64,000 bases of DNA from Armatimonadota bacterium (GCA_020161505.1 JAIUNY010000005.1:8003-72002), one strand, 5' to 3'. Counted from the stretch's first letter, positions 10,240-20,519 are shown. The notes: generated by a model not told the origin, from the sequence alone. Program-made: numbers and translations.

Positions 10240-11205
10240 TTAAAGGTTCTTCTTCAAGAACTCCAACATCGGCGGGACAAGGCCCGGCGCGATCGGGCCG
10301 GTGATCCCGGGAGTTCCAAGCTTGAAGTTATGGCTTGCTTCGGGCACGATCACCAGCGATACCGGACGCTTCTTGTTCTTTTTCGCCGCCGCCTCCAGCA
10401 GGGTGGCATCTTCCTTGGCGAGGATTTGGACATCCGACTCGCCGTTCGCGATAAAGATCGGGCCCTTGAAAGCCTCGACCCATGGCAGAGGGGTGGCTCG
10501 GAAGTACCCCACCATCAAGTCCTTGGCCGATGCATTGTAAAGCCCCAGGAGTTCGCTTGGGGTTTCGGAATGGATCTCCCCGGTTTTGGTGAGATGGTCA
10601 ATCGTCTGGCGGTGACGGCGATTGAACTCGGCTTTCTTCGCATCATCCCAAGGCGCGGCACTCACTTGGGCTGCGACTTGACCATAGAGAATATCGCCCA
10701 TGTTCCGCCCGGGTGAGCCAAGCAGGAGCAGCGCCTTCGCTCCAACATCTTTGCCGATCGCCGTCGCAAAGAGCCCGCCTTCACTGTGCCCGAGGATGGC
10801 GATTCGTTTTTTGTCCACCTCGGGGCGACTCTTCAGAAACTCGGCAGCAGCCTTTGCATCGGCGATGTGATTGTCCCAGTTGAAGAAAGGGCCAATCTCG
10901 GGAAGCGTTTTGGGCCACACCGACTGGTATCGCGCAACGGGGCGCTTGTCAAATCGGAGAGTGACGTACCCCTCTCCCGCCAAAGCTTCGCTCAGGTCTT
11001 TCAAGAGGTTGGTGGTGAACCCTGGCTGATTGCCGTCGCGGTCTGTGGGGCCACTGCCTGGCATCAGGAGGATAGCGGGGGCATTCTTGGTGACGCCGGA
11101 AGGGACGGTGAGGACTCCGGCAAGCTCGATTCCGGCCCCCTGCATGGTGACCTCGGTTAGGGTCATCGGTTCGGCGGCGAGAATCCAGAGTCCGGCAACG
11201 AGCAT
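10240..11205 (-). CDS. Secreted alpha/beta hydrolase
   Basis: GSGPTDRDGN, RFDKR, GHSEG nucleophile motif, GESD and HNF catalytic His. Start placed at ATG 11205. Confidence 0.85.
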   Translation of the reverse strand: MLVAGLWILAAEPMTLTEVTMQGAGIELAGVLTVPSGVTKNAPAILLMPGSGPTDRDGNQPGFTTNLLKDLSEALAGEGYVTLRFDKRPVARYQSVWPKTLPEIGPFFNWDNHIADAKAAAEFLKSRPEVDKKRIAILGHSEGGLFATAIGKDVGAKALLLLGSPGRNMGDILYGQVAAQVSAAPWDDAKKAEFNRRHRQTIDHLTKTGEIHSETPSELLGLYNASAKDLMVGYFRATPLPWVEAFKGPIFIANGESDVQILAKEDATLLEAAAKKNKKRPVSLVIVPEASHNFKLGTPGITGPIAPGLVPPMLEFLKKNL

Positions 11206-11458
11206 GTCAATGGGAGGGACGTCCGACCGACTCGGAAGGTTGCGGAGCGGCTCAATCAGACCGGCGCGCCATTTTGTGTGGCCCGCAGATGGAGTTCGAG
11301 GAGGGAGTTCATCGCCACGACATCGGTGGGCAGTTGGAGGGCGAGGGTTGCGACAAGCAGCCCAAACACACGAAGCATGCTTTGGGTTGTTGGCGGATTT
11401 TCGTTGGTCAGGAGAGTGGAACAAGCGTATCGATACGCAAACTGGTACTGTTGAGAGC

Positions 11459-11908
11459 ATGCTCGCGCCCTTGCTTGCCACCCTCATCCTGGCCCAGCCG
11501 CAACGCCTCACCACGTTCGATCAGCTGATGACCGCCCTCCAATCCGGACGCGAAGTCCGCTCCGTGGTCGAATACGCGAAGACGACCCTCATCATTGATG
11601 GTAAGGAAGAGAAAGCCCCCGAAGCGATCGGAGGGATGAAGCTGGAAGCCTGGGAGTATTTCGCCAAAGGCGTGATCCGCAATGAAAAAGCGTACGTCGC
11701 CTGCTCGCACACCGTCCTGATTGCTCACCCGCGATACGGCCACGTGTTCAACTACGTGCGCTTCAGGATTTACGAAGACAACACCGTCGAGATCACGGCC
11801 CGGTATCTCACCACGGAGAAGTACGAAGTCGTGATGGACGAGATCTTCCGAGGAAAGATCACGAATGGCAAGGACAAGGAAGGCGTTGCCTTCTTTGCCG
11901 CAGGCTAA
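11459..11908 (+). CDS. Secreted VirK-like protein
   Basis: LTTFDQLMTALQSGREV, IGG, SHTVL and YVRFRIYEDNTV resemble the VirK family pattern from memory; needs an HMM check. Confidence 0.55.
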   Translation: MLAPLLATLILAQPQRLTTFDQLMTALQSGREVRSVVEYAKTTLIIDGKEEKAPEAIGGMKLEAWEYFAKGVIRNEKAYVACSHTVLIAHPRYGHVFNYVRFRIYEDNTVEITARYLTTEKYEVVMDEIFRGKITNGKDKEGVAFFAAG

Positions 11909-11983
11909 GCGAGCTGGGTCCGCCAACGTGCCGAGAGCCTGATTTTCCTCGTTGCCAAGCCCGAGCCGGGCTAAGATGACGAC

Positions 11984-12442
11984 ATGGAAAAGCAGGCTCT
12001 CTTGGATCTTCTCGACTATGATTTGTGGGCGAACCAGGTGTGGCTCGCCGTGCTCGATCAAACCCCGCATCCCGAAGAGGCTCGCAAGGCCTATCTCCAT
12101 CTGCTTGGATGCTACATCGGGTGGCTGAGCGGAGTGAGCCAGGTCGAGGATATCCAGGATGAGGGAATCGACCTTCATCGGGATACCGAGCGATTCAACA
12201 CGCTCTGGCGAGCCGAAATCGAGTCACGCGATCCGGCTGAGTTGGTGACTCTGGAACTCCGAAGCGGCCCCGTCAAGATGCCGCTTTGGCACGTACTCCA
12301 TCACGTGATGAACCACGCCACGTATCACCGAGGGCATCTGCGCACTCTGTGCGTGGGATGGGGCTTCGCGGAGTTTCCCGAGACGGACAGCATCGGCTAC
12401 TGGGCTCGGCGATCAAGAGAAAAATCGGAAGCCGAGGCTTGA
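11984..12442 (+). CDS. DinB family protein
   Basis: YDLWAN, H in YLHLLG and HVMNHATYHRG His triad. Confidence 0.85.
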   Translation: MEKQALLDLLDYDLWANQVWLAVLDQTPHPEEARKAYLHLLGCYIGWLSGVSQVEDIQDEGIDLHRDTERFNTLWRAEIESRDPAELVTLELRSGPVKMPLWHVLHHVMNHATYHRGHLRTLCVGWGFAEFPETDSIGYWARRSREKSEAEA

Positions 12443-12468
12443 CAAAGTAGTCCTGAAAGTTAGATACT
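12439..12468 (+). promoter_or_regulatory. Sigma70-type promoter of the ArsR operon, probably leaderless
   Basis: TTGACA-18-GATACT, then 7 nt to the GTG start. Confidence 0.6.
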
Positions 12469-12475
12469 TAGCAAA

Positions 12476-12820
12476 GTGTCTAATAAACCGGCAACTTTGG
12501 ATCAAGTCTTCCATGCGCTCTCCCATCCGGTACGCAGGGAAGTGATCGAGCGCCTCACGGGAAGTGCAGCCACGATGACCGAGCTTGCCGCGCCGTTCGA
12601 CTTGGCGATGCCCTCGTTCCTCCAGCACATGCGGGTGTTGGAATCGGCCGGCCTTGTGAAGTCTCATAAGCAAGGACGATCGCGCACCTACGAACTCGAT
12701 CCTCCCGCCTTCTTCCTCGCGGACAACTGGCTCGATATTCAGCGCAAACACTGGAACCGCCGACTCGATCAGCTCGATTCTCTCCTCACTGAACTCCATT
12801 CGGAAAACACTCATGAATGA
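12476..12820 (+). CDS. ArsR/SmtB family transcriptional regulator
   Basis: VFHALSHPVRR, QHMRVLESAGLV and KQGRSRTY. Confidence 0.9.
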   Translation: MSNKPATLDQVFHALSHPVRREVIERLTGSAATMTELAAPFDLAMPSFLQHMRVLESAGLVKSHKQGRSRTYELDPPAFFLADNWLDIQRKHWNRRLDQLDSLLTELHSENTHE

Positions 12821-13328
12821 TCTTCAACCCATCACACACAACCCCTCGCTCGACCTGATGCTCGAGCGCACCACCCATGTTCCTGTTGAACTCGTTTGGA
12901 GGGCTTGGACCGAGCCCGAACTGTTGAAGCAGTGGTTCTGCCCGAAGCCGTGGAGCGTCTCTGAGGTCGAGCTGGAGCTTTACCCAGGAGGGGCGTTCAA
13001 CACCACCATGCAATCGCCCGAGGGTGAGCTGTTCCCAAGCGAAGGGTGCGTTCTGCAAGTGGTTCCGCAGCGACGACTTGTCTTCACGAGCGCGCTGATC
13101 AGAGGATTCCGACCGCAACCTCCCGAAGGAAATCCTGTCGGTGCGTTCTTGTTCTCAGGAATCGTGGATTTGGAAGCAGAAGGCGAAGGAACCAGGTACC
13201 GGGCCTATGCCATCCATGGCGACTCAGAGGGCCGGAACTCTCATGAAGCGATGGGCTTCCACGACGGCTGGGGTGCGGCCTTCGATCAGCTGGTCGAGTT
13301 GATGTCTTCGCCCGAATTTCGGGGATGA
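12813..13328 (+). CDS. SRPBCC (AHSA1) domain protein
   Basis: LVWRAWTEPELLKQWF and HEAMGFHDGW. Classic partner of ArsR. Confidence 0.9.
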   Translation: MNDLQPITHNPSLDLMLERTTHVPVELVWRAWTEPELLKQWFCPKPWSVSEVELELYPGGAFNTTMQSPEGELFPSEGCVLQVVPQRRLVFTSALIRGFRPQPPEGNPVGAFLFSGIVDLEAEGEGTRYRAYAIHGDSEGRNSHEAMGFHDGWGAAFDQLVELMSSPEFRG

Positions 13329-13609
13329 CACTCGTCTTCGAGGCCGTATTGATCGAGTGGCGTGGCCCTGCCCCGTTTGTTTTCGCCCCTCTCCCGGAGG
13401 ACGCTGCTCAGGCAATCCGCCAGGTGGCCAAAGAGGCGAGCTATGGTTGGGGTTGCATCCCGGTGAGCGCGGTGGCCAATGGCTCGCCATTTACCACCTC
13501 GCTCTTTCCGAAGAATGGGGGCTATCTGCTGCCCATCAAGGTCTCGGTGCAGCGGACAACCGGGCTGGGAGTCGGCGACGTGGCGTCCTTGCAAATCGAT
13601 CTCCCTTGA
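13325..13609 (+). CDS. DUF1905 domain protein
   Basis: WGCIPV, FTTSLFPKNGGYLLPIK and GVGD. Confidence 0.8.
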   Translation: MTLVFEAVLIEWRGPAPFVFAPLPEDAAQAIRQVAKEASYGWGCIPVSAVANGSPFTTSLFPKNGGYLLPIKVSVQRTTGLGVGDVASLQIDLP

Positions 13610-13644
13610 AAAAAGAAGAGCCTGCTCCCGTAGCGGGATCAGGC
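13608..13644 (-). terminator. Terminator of the GH36 gene
   Basis: GCCTG-TCCCG/CGGGA-CAGGC stem followed on the minus strand by a T-run. Confidence 0.55.
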
Positions 13645-13739
13645 CCTTCCAGACTCACGACTCAGACAGAATAGCTTCCGTCCGTAGAGAATATTTTATT
13701 CACAGGAAACGGAAAGCGTCGTAAGAGTTGCGTAAAAAA

Positions 13740-15701
13740 TCATACTCTCGGGCTGGATGCCGGGGCACTTTTCCCCTCCGCTTCGCCAAAGATCGCGTCG
13801 AGCAACGGCGCAGCACAATCGACCACCGCGTTCACATCCAGGGCAAGGATCAGCTTGTGGCCGTGAGGCGGCGTGCTCCAGCGTTGCGCCGTCGAGGCTT
13901 CGCCCAGCTTTGCTCCCGTCCAAGCATCGTGGAGCGACATCCCGGCCAATTCGCGGGCGATTGGCTCGCTGAGCTGAAGCGATTGCACGTCATCGGTCCA
14001 GTTGAACAGAGCGACCGCGACCCCCTTGGGCCCCTGAAGTTTCATCCCAGCGGGAAGTCCGTGGCGATTGATCGGCCCAAACGGTTCGGCTGCTTTCCCA
14101 GTGGGATGGATCAGTCGAGGGATCAGAGCTGCACCCTCAGGTTCGAGCTTCGGGAGATCATCCGTGAGGAAGGCCGCCCCACCACTCATGGCAACGACCG
14201 CGGCGAGGGTCAGGCGTTCGACTTCGTTCAGGCCGATGTGATGATCTCGCAGCAAGACAGGATCGACATCGTTGTTCCACAGCACACGGTGCATCCACCC
14301 CACCGACATCGCGGTGCGGATCGCGCTCCGCGTGGCGGGCTCCGTGCCAAAAGGATCTTTCAGATCGACCCAGTGCAGCCCGATATCCGGATCGACACGC
14401 ATTCCATCAACCACGCCTACGGAGGGAAGATACGGTGCCCCGCAACCCAAGATGTAGGCGTCTCCGGCCAGGCGACGGATCAATTCCATGCCTGCGCGGT
14501 ACGCCTGGATCCCCGTTTGCGAGGCGTTATATCGGACCCCTCGGGCCGCCCCGGCATAGAGAAAATCGAGTTTCAGATAGGTGTAGCCCCAGTCCTGAAC
14601 GACCGTGGAGAACACCTTTTCGAGCCAGCCCAGCACCTCGGGATGGGTGAGATCGAGACAGTAGCAGCGCGTTCCCCAGTTGTCGAGAGCATTGACGGGA
14701 ACACCCTGCAGGTCGCGCAGCACCCAATCGGGATGGTCGCGGTAGACGTCCGAATCGGCCCCGACGATGAACGGTGCCAGCCAGATTCCTGGCTCATACC
14801 CCTTCGACTTGATTTCATCAGCAAGCCACTTCATCCCGTGAGGGAAAGTTTCCTTGATTGTCAGCCAGTCGCCAATGTGGGTCTGGTAGGCGTCATCAAT
14901 CTGCACATATCGGAGGGGGAGATCATTTTCGGAAATGAACTTCAGATTCCGGATCATGTCTGCTTCCTTAGTGTTGGTGAAGAACTCGTACCAACTGCAC
15001 CACCCCGTCGGAATCGGGCGACCGGCACTCGCCTGCATTGAGTCTGCCAGCGCCGCGCCGTAGGCATGCAGAAGGTCGTACGATCGAGCGGTTTCGTGGA
15101 GAATCAACAAGGGTTCCGAAAACAGCTTTTCGCCTGGCTTGACAACCTTGCCCTCCGCAACGCTGGAGGCGACCAGCCGGTGGCCCGTCCTGGTCTCCTG
15201 AAGAGTGAAGACTCCGAGCTGAGTCTTGGCAGAGATGAACCCGAGAAGAACTCCCTGCTCGGAGGTTGGCTCGTGAAGGAGGGTCATCCAAGGAAGAATC
15301 AGCCTTTCGGCGTCGGTGACGGGGAGCATCGGATTCAGCTTGGGGGCCTCGGCATTCCAGGTGGAGTGATCCTGGGGAAGCGGCGCGGGAAGAGCCGTGT
15401 AGCTCCAGCTTTGCCAACCGAGCCGACCGACCTCGATCTGTTCTCCAAGCATGGATCCTTCGTCGGCAACAAGAAGATCCATGCGCTCAACCGACATCTC
15501 AAAGTTTGAGGTGTTGGTGAGAACAAGCCGGATGATGGAGCCGCCGCCTTCATGGGCCACGATCTCCCAAGCGAGAGCGTCTCCCTTTCCTGACCAAATC
15601 TCTGTCGTGTCGGTGAGGTGAACCCGCGATCTACCGGAGAGCAGAACCCCTCCTTGCGGATCGAGAAGCGAAAGGCGACCATTCTCCCGGAGAAGTTTCA
15701 T
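13740..15701 (-). CDS. Alpha-galactosidase (GH36-like)
   Basis: PTGWCSWY, QIDDAYQ, PGIWLAPF, YLKLDF nucleophile and RVDPD acid/base region. Confidence 0.88.
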   Translation of the reverse strand: MKLLRENGRLSLLDPQGGVLLSGRSRVHLTDTTEIWSGKGDALAWEIVAHEGGGSIIRLVLTNTSNFEMSVERMDLLVADEGSMLGEQIEVGRLGWQSWSYTALPAPLPQDHSTWNAEAPKLNPMLPVTDAERLILPWMTLLHEPTSEQGVLLGFISAKTQLGVFTLQETRTGHRLVASSVAEGKVVKPGEKLFSEPLLILHETARSYDLLHAYGAALADSMQASAGRPIPTGWCSWYEFFTNTKEADMIRNLKFISENDLPLRYVQIDDAYQTHIGDWLTIKETFPHGMKWLADEIKSKGYEPGIWLAPFIVGADSDVYRDHPDWVLRDLQGVPVNALDNWGTRCYCLDLTHPEVLGWLEKVFSTVVQDWGYTYLKLDFLYAGAARGVRYNASQTGIQAYRAGMELIRRLAGDAYILGCGAPYLPSVGVVDGMRVDPDIGLHWVDLKDPFGTEPATRSAIRTAMSVGWMHRVLWNNDVDPVLLRDHHIGLNEVERLTLAAVVAMSGGAAFLTDDLPKLEPEGAALIPRLIHPTGKAAEPFGPINRHGLPAGMKLQGPKGVAVALFNWTDDVQSLQLSEPIARELAGMSLHDAWTGAKLGEASTAQRWSTPPHGHKLILALDVNAVVDCAAPLLDAIFGEAEGKSAPASSPRV

Positions 15702-15771
15702 CGCCTTCTGGTTTACCTAAGCCAGGAGAGAAGGCGTCCTCCGGCGCGAGAATTGGGTCCAGTGCTCAATG

Positions 15772-16269
15772 TCAGCGCGGGATTCGGGTCTTCCAGTGAA
15801 TCTCGTCGACGCCGCCCAGCATCGCCCGTTCCGAAATCTGCCCCAGATGGATACCCAGGTGGCGGATGTTGAGAATCTGGTGATCGAGCTTTTGGAGGTT
15901 GGGATACCAGCTGAATCCGCTCTCCTGCGACTCCAGATCGAGCGCGGAGACGAACTCGACAATCTTTCCATCGAGCCAGTCGAGATACTCGAGCATTTCG
16001 GTTTGGGTGTAGGGTTCCAGGAGCGGCGGCAGGACTCCTTCTTCATCCCACAAATCGGTGCACGGGCGGTGCTTGTCCCACGGCACAAAGTCGTGCTCGG
16101 TCGGCATCAGATAGAGGTGGGTGTAGTAGAGGGCGTGGTAGCAGATCCGCCACATGGTACGCGGATGTTCGCCCCCCAGCCACGTGGCCTCATCGCTCTC
16201 CATGAGGCATTGCCGGAGCATGGCAAGGTTTGCTCGGTACTGGCCGGAGAGGGCTCGGATCAGATCCAT
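15772..16269 (-). CDS. DinB family protein
   Basis: WRICYHAL and NIRHLGIHLGQ. Confidence 0.75.
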   Translation of the reverse strand: MDLIRALSGQYRANLAMLRQCLMESDEATWLGGEHPRTMWRICYHALYYTHLYLMPTEHDFVPWDKHRPCTDLWDEEGVLPPLLEPYTQTEMLEYLDWLDGKIVEFVSALDLESQESGFSWYPNLQKLDHQILNIRHLGIHLGQISERAMLGGVDEIHWKTRIPR

Positions 16270-16452
16270 GCGCTCAGAGTAGCAAATCCGCGCCTTTCAG
16301 GACGCGCGACTCCCGGAATTCCGTGGGAGGTCGCCCGCATAAATACTTGCTTTTCGCCCGAGACCCGTTTGAACACTGATTTCGTGATACATTGTTGTCG
16401 TCGCAGTTTTCTGCTCAGATTGTGAGCAGGCGACAAATGGACAGGAGCAAAT

Positions 16453-17313
16453 ATGAAAAAGATCCTTGCAGTGCTCGGCATGGCCGTGCTCGTCAGCGCA
16501 TCCTTTGCGCAAGTTACCGTTTTCTCCAACAACGCGGGTGGCGATTTCTATTCCGATCCGACGCCGTCAAACCCGGGCGGAACCGTGGCGATCAACAGCT
16601 ACATCGGTCCGAACGGTGCCCAGTGGTTCTACAACGAAATGAAGGACAGTGCCGTTATTGGAATCAACGGCACCCAGGCTCGCAGCGGCAATGGTTCGGT
16701 GCAGTTGAACAGCATCGGCACCGCCACCAACCCGAACAGCAAGGCGAGCATCACGTACGCTCGATCCGACCTCGGCGCACTGGGCAACGTCGCTGACCTC
16801 ACCCACTGGGGCGCGGATCTGCGCACCGAGGCGACTCCTCTGAGCAACGCCAACTTCATCATGCGGCTCTACGTGGGCGATGGCACCAACGCGATCAACG
16901 GCAACCGCCAAGGCTTCCTGGTGTGGGACACCCAGTGGAACCCCGGCTTCAGCCACCCGGCGATCACCTACGGTCAATGGCAAACCTTTGACCTGATGTC
17001 GATTGCCAGCAGCCTGTGGGTGCGCCCGACGAACAGCCTGATCACGACCCTGCAGCCGAACTTGACGAGCGGTGAGATTCTGCTCTCGGACGCTCTCAGC
17101 ATCCTCGGCGGTCTGAACTACAAGGTCTTCAGTGCCAACGCCGGATGGGGCACCTCGAACACTCCGTACGAAGGCTACATGGATAACTACACGCTCGGAT
17201 TCAACGGCGTGGGCACCACCCACAACTTCGAAGTGGTTCCGGAACCAGCCACGATGAGCCTCCTCGCTCTCGCCGCTCTGCGACGACGCAAGAAGGCTAC
17301 TGCGAAGAAGTAA
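16453..17313 (+). CDS. PEP-CTERM sorting domain protein
   Basis: Signal peptide, Asn/Ser/Thr/Gly-rich body and VPEPATMSLLALAALRRRKK. Confidence 0.9.
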   Translation: MKKILAVLGMAVLVSASFAQVTVFSNNAGGDFYSDPTPSNPGGTVAINSYIGPNGAQWFYNEMKDSAVIGINGTQARSGNGSVQLNSIGTATNPNSKASITYARSDLGALGNVADLTHWGADLRTEATPLSNANFIMRLYVGDGTNAINGNRQGFLVWDTQWNPGFSHPAITYGQWQTFDLMSIASSLWVRPTNSLITTLQPNLTSGEILLSDALSILGGLNYKVFSANAGWGTSNTPYEGYMDNYTLGFNGVGTTHNFEVVPEPATMSLLALAALRRRKKATAKK

Positions 17314-17341
17314 GTCGCACCTCTCCACTCACTCAATCCTT

Positions 17342-17383
17342 GCGCCTCGGTCTCCCTCCACGGAGACCGGGGCGCTCTGGTTT
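17342..17383 (+). terminator. Terminator after the PEP-CTERM gene
   Basis: GCGCCTCGGTCTCC/GGAGACCGGGGCGC stem followed by TCTGGTTT. Confidence 0.65.
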
Positions 17384-17410
17384 AACGGGCAACCGGTGTT
17401 ATCCTAGGAT

Positions 17411-17854
17411 ATGGCAAGGCGTGTTTTCTTTGAGGATGGACGCGATCCGGCCGGGCCGGATCAGACATCGAGGCGGGTTCTGATTTTCAATGCCGACGAG
17501 CATCCGGCAAACCCTTTTTATCTCGCGATCACCCTGCCGGATGGAGACCGAACATTCACCCCTGGGGTGCCGATCTTGCCGTTTGATATCCCCGCTGGCG
17601 TAGATCGCGTGATGTTTGTGCTCAACGTGATGCCGATCCCGCCGATTTCGGACAACCGGAGAACCGCGCCGTTTATGGCGACGGGCACCAATCTCAAGCC
17701 GTTCTACACGCTCCGGTGCAATGGTCCAACCTTCACGATTCTGGAGCACGACAGCGATCCAACGGCTCCGCCGCCCGAACCAGGCGCGCCCCCCGCTCCG
17801 ATGCCGAAGGGATGCGCCACCGCAATCCTCGGCCTGTTTGGATTCTGGAAGTGA
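17411..17854 (+). CDS. Hypothetical protein with a Pro-rich C-terminus
   Basis: 147-aa ORF with typical codon bias and an extended -10 (TGtTATCCT) just upstream. Confidence 0.55.
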   Translation: MARRVFFEDGRDPAGPDQTSRRVLIFNADEHPANPFYLAITLPDGDRTFTPGVPILPFDIPAGVDRVMFVLNVMPIPPISDNRRTAPFMATGTNLKPFYTLRCNGPTFTILEHDSDPTAPPPEPGAPPAPMPKGCATAILGLFGFWK

Positions 17855-18171
17855 GATGACCGCCGGGCACCCAGCGATCCCGGCCGATCAGTTCAGGGAT
17901 TGCCCCGGATCTCCGTATCTGTTTCGCTGGCTGCGAAGAGCTCTCCCAAAGACACTCCTCCGAACGAAATCTCGATTCACGGATGCCCGTGTTCCCGTGT
18001 TTCAACGTCACCTCACGGCGACAGCACGCCAGTCGAGTGGATTCATTCCGGATCTTCCCGTTATCGTTCTGCGCTCGCACGGGAGTTGCATCTCCTAGTT
18101 CGATGCCAACGCAGTTGTTGGGCAGCTCTCAGCAGAACGCCAACCGCAAATGTGGTATGCCTCTGTCTGCG

Positions 18172-19107
18172 ATGAAAGTGATCTTGGTTGGAGGGTCTGG
18201 GCACATGGGAGCCGTGGTGAGACGCTCCTTCCAACCGTCGCGCTACGAATTCTCGCTCGTGACTCGAAGCCCAAGCTGCACCGAAGAAATCGGCTGGGAC
18301 GGTAAGCGTTTGGATAGCCGAGTAGTCGATGGAGCGGACGTCGTGATCAATCTCGCCGGGCGCACCGTCAACTGCCGCTATAACGCGACAAATCTCTCGC
18401 AAATGATGAGTAGCCGCATCGACTCCACTCGGGCCGTCGGCGAGGCAATCGCAGGGTGTCAGGTTCCTCCCAAGGTTTGGCTCCAAGCGAGCACGGCAAC
18501 CATTTACGCGCACACCTTTGGCACCCCTCAGGACGAGCAAAACGGCGTTCTTGCGGGAAACGAGCAGGGTGTGCCGCCGGTCTGGGCCTACAGCGCCGAG
18601 ATCGCGAAGCGCTGGGAAGCAGCTTTGGAGGCTGCAAATACGCCGCACACACGCAAGGTGCCCATGCGCATGGGCATCATGATGAGCCGTGATCAGAACG
18701 GTCCACTGGACATCCTGGCGCGTCTTGCGCGGCTCGGCCTCGGTGGCAACATCGCCGGGGGTCGTCAGTTTGTTTCGTGGGTGCACGAACGGGACTTGGC
18801 GCACGCGCTTGAGTTCCTGATCGACCACGATCTCTCCGGGCCGGTTAACATTTGCTCTCCCTTACCTCTGCCGCAGGCCGAATTTGCCGCTGTGCTTCGC
18901 GAAGCTGTGGGCACGAAGGTGGCTCTCGGGGCGACAAAGTGGATGGTGGACATCGCGGCCTACCTGATGAACTCGCACAGCGAACTGGTGCTCAAGAGCC
19001 GCCGTGTTGTGCCCACGAAGTTGCTGGAGGCGGGATTTGAATTCAAGTATGCAGATTGGCCCTCTGCGGTGGCTGACTTGATCGGTTCGCCGGCCTCATC
19101 GCGGTAG
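18172..19107 (+). CDS. TIGR01777-family NAD-dependent epimerase
   Basis: MKVILVGGSGHMG, VINLAGRTV, QASTA, SWVH, SGPVN and SRRVVP. Confidence 0.88.
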   Translation: MKVILVGGSGHMGAVVRRSFQPSRYEFSLVTRSPSCTEEIGWDGKRLDSRVVDGADVVINLAGRTVNCRYNATNLSQMMSSRIDSTRAVGEAIAGCQVPPKVWLQASTATIYAHTFGTPQDEQNGVLAGNEQGVPPVWAYSAEIAKRWEAALEAANTPHTRKVPMRMGIMMSRDQNGPLDILARLARLGLGGNIAGGRQFVSWVHERDLAHALEFLIDHDLSGPVNICSPLPLPQAEFAAVLREAVGTKVALGATKWMVDIAAYLMNSHSELVLKSRRVVPTKLLEAGFEFKYADWPSAVADLIGSPASSR

Positions 19108-19184
19108 AACCTCCCGAGGAAGCTGCTGGCGGGGAGGTTCCTGAAAGATCGCCGGCTTTCTGTTCGGATCGGTAGACTGATCGT

Positions 19185-19571
19185 GTGAATCACGTGAGCC
19201 CCTACTTCAATTTCGCGGGGCAGTGCGGCCCGGCGATGACGGCATATCAAGAGTGGCTGGGTGGGGACCTGATGCTGATCCGGATCGGCGATTCACCTGC
19301 GGCGGAGGGTTATAGTGGCAGCCCGGATGACATCTACCACGCCACCCTGACGGCCCCGAACTTCACCCTGATGGGCTCCGACATGAACCCGGTTGCCCAG
19401 GCGGCGTCGATCGTGGCCTCAGCCAGCGACCTGCCGGAGCTGGGTCGGCTCTACGCGCAGGTGAAGGAAGGGGGGAACGTCCACTGCGCCCTCGCCCCCG
19501 CCCCCTGGGGCGGCCACTACGCCCAAGTCACCGACCGATTCGGCACGGCGTGGCATCTGACGTGTGATTAA
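19185..19571 (+). CDS. VOC/PhnB-like glyoxalase family protein
   Basis: PYFNFAGQC, IYHATL, LMGSD and WGGHYAQVTDRFGTAW. Confidence 0.85.
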   Translation: MNHVSPYFNFAGQCGPAMTAYQEWLGGDLMLIRIGDSPAAEGYSGSPDDIYHATLTAPNFTLMGSDMNPVAQAASIVASASDLPELGRLYAQVKEGGNVHCALAPAPWGGHYAQVTDRFGTAWHLTCD

Positions 19572-19604
19572 GGCGGCCCCTTCGCGACGCCCGATCCCCC
19601 GAAC

Positions 19605-20333
19605 CTACTGGAGAGGGTAATTCACTTCGACAGTCAGTGTCACTTCGACCGACCCAGAACTCAGAATCCGCTCGGCTGATCCATCCGAGCTCGAGTCGGA
19701 GCCGACGTTGGTTCTCCGCAGCGCCACGTTGCTCATGTAGTCCCAATTCTGAGGCAGGGTTTCGACGATGCTTGCCGGTTTGCCGAGAGTGAAGCCAAAG
19801 TTCTTCGCGTACTGCTCGGCCTTGGCGCGGGCTACGGCACTGGCCGCATCGCGGGCTTGGGCGCGCACGGTTTCAAGATCCTCAACGGTGAACTCCACGC
19901 TTTCAACTTCGTTGGCCCCGGCAGACATGCATCTCTCCAGAACCTCACCCGCCGATTCCACCTTCTTCACACGGATTTCGAGAATGCTTGAGCAACTCCA
20001 GCCTCCCGGTCGCTTGTTGTAGGGAGAGAACTGCCAGAGCCGAAAATTGGATGTCTGAACGTCTTCCGCCTTGATCCCTGCTTTCTCCACGGCCTGAGCA
20101 ACCTGGGCAATCGCTCGCTCGGTTTTTTGCTTAGCGGCGACGGGGCGTGCATCGCTGTGCGTCACACCGAGCCGGATCACGACCAAGCTTGGCTGGACCC
20201 GAACGCTGGCCTTGCCGGAGACGGTCAGTCCTCGATGTTGCTGGGACGCGGATTCCACCACAACCGTGGGTGCAGGTTGGCATCCGGTTAGGACGAGCAG
20301 GGAAGCCAGGCAGACAAAACTCAAAGCCCTCAT
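19605..20333 (-). CDS. SIMPL domain (DUF541) lipoprotein
   Basis: Lipobox LTGC, LTVSGKASVRVQP, GIKAEDVQTS and C-terminal VEVTLTVEVNY. Confidence 0.85.
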   Translation of the reverse strand: MRALSFVCLASLLVLTGCQPAPTVVVESASQQHRGLTVSGKASVRVQPSLVVIRLGVTHSDARPVAAKQKTERAIAQVAQAVEKAGIKAEDVQTSNFRLWQFSPYNKRPGGWSCSSILEIRVKKVESAGEVLERCMSAGANEVESVEFTVEDLETVRAQARDAASAVARAKAEQYAKNFGFTLGKPASIVETLPQNWDYMSNVALRRTNVGSDSSSDGSAERILSSGSVEVTLTVEVNYPLQ

Positions 20334-20519
20334 GCTCTCTGCAACAGATTTACCGGGAATCGCGTTCCGAGGATGCGCAGGCAGGAGAGCGCCACATTCC
20401 CCAGCTCCGCGCTCGGTCACCTGGGGGTTCGAACCAAAGTGCGGCTGAGTCAAAGGAGCAGAGCCCGCGCACCGACGCCTTCGATTATGCGAGAGGCCTT
20501 GGGAAGTTCAGTCGAAACT

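Noticed and set aside
17856-18098. 80-aa ORF between the hypothetical gene and the epimerase
   Set aside because: It has no motif or RBS and several equally weak overlapping frames, so it cannot be supported.
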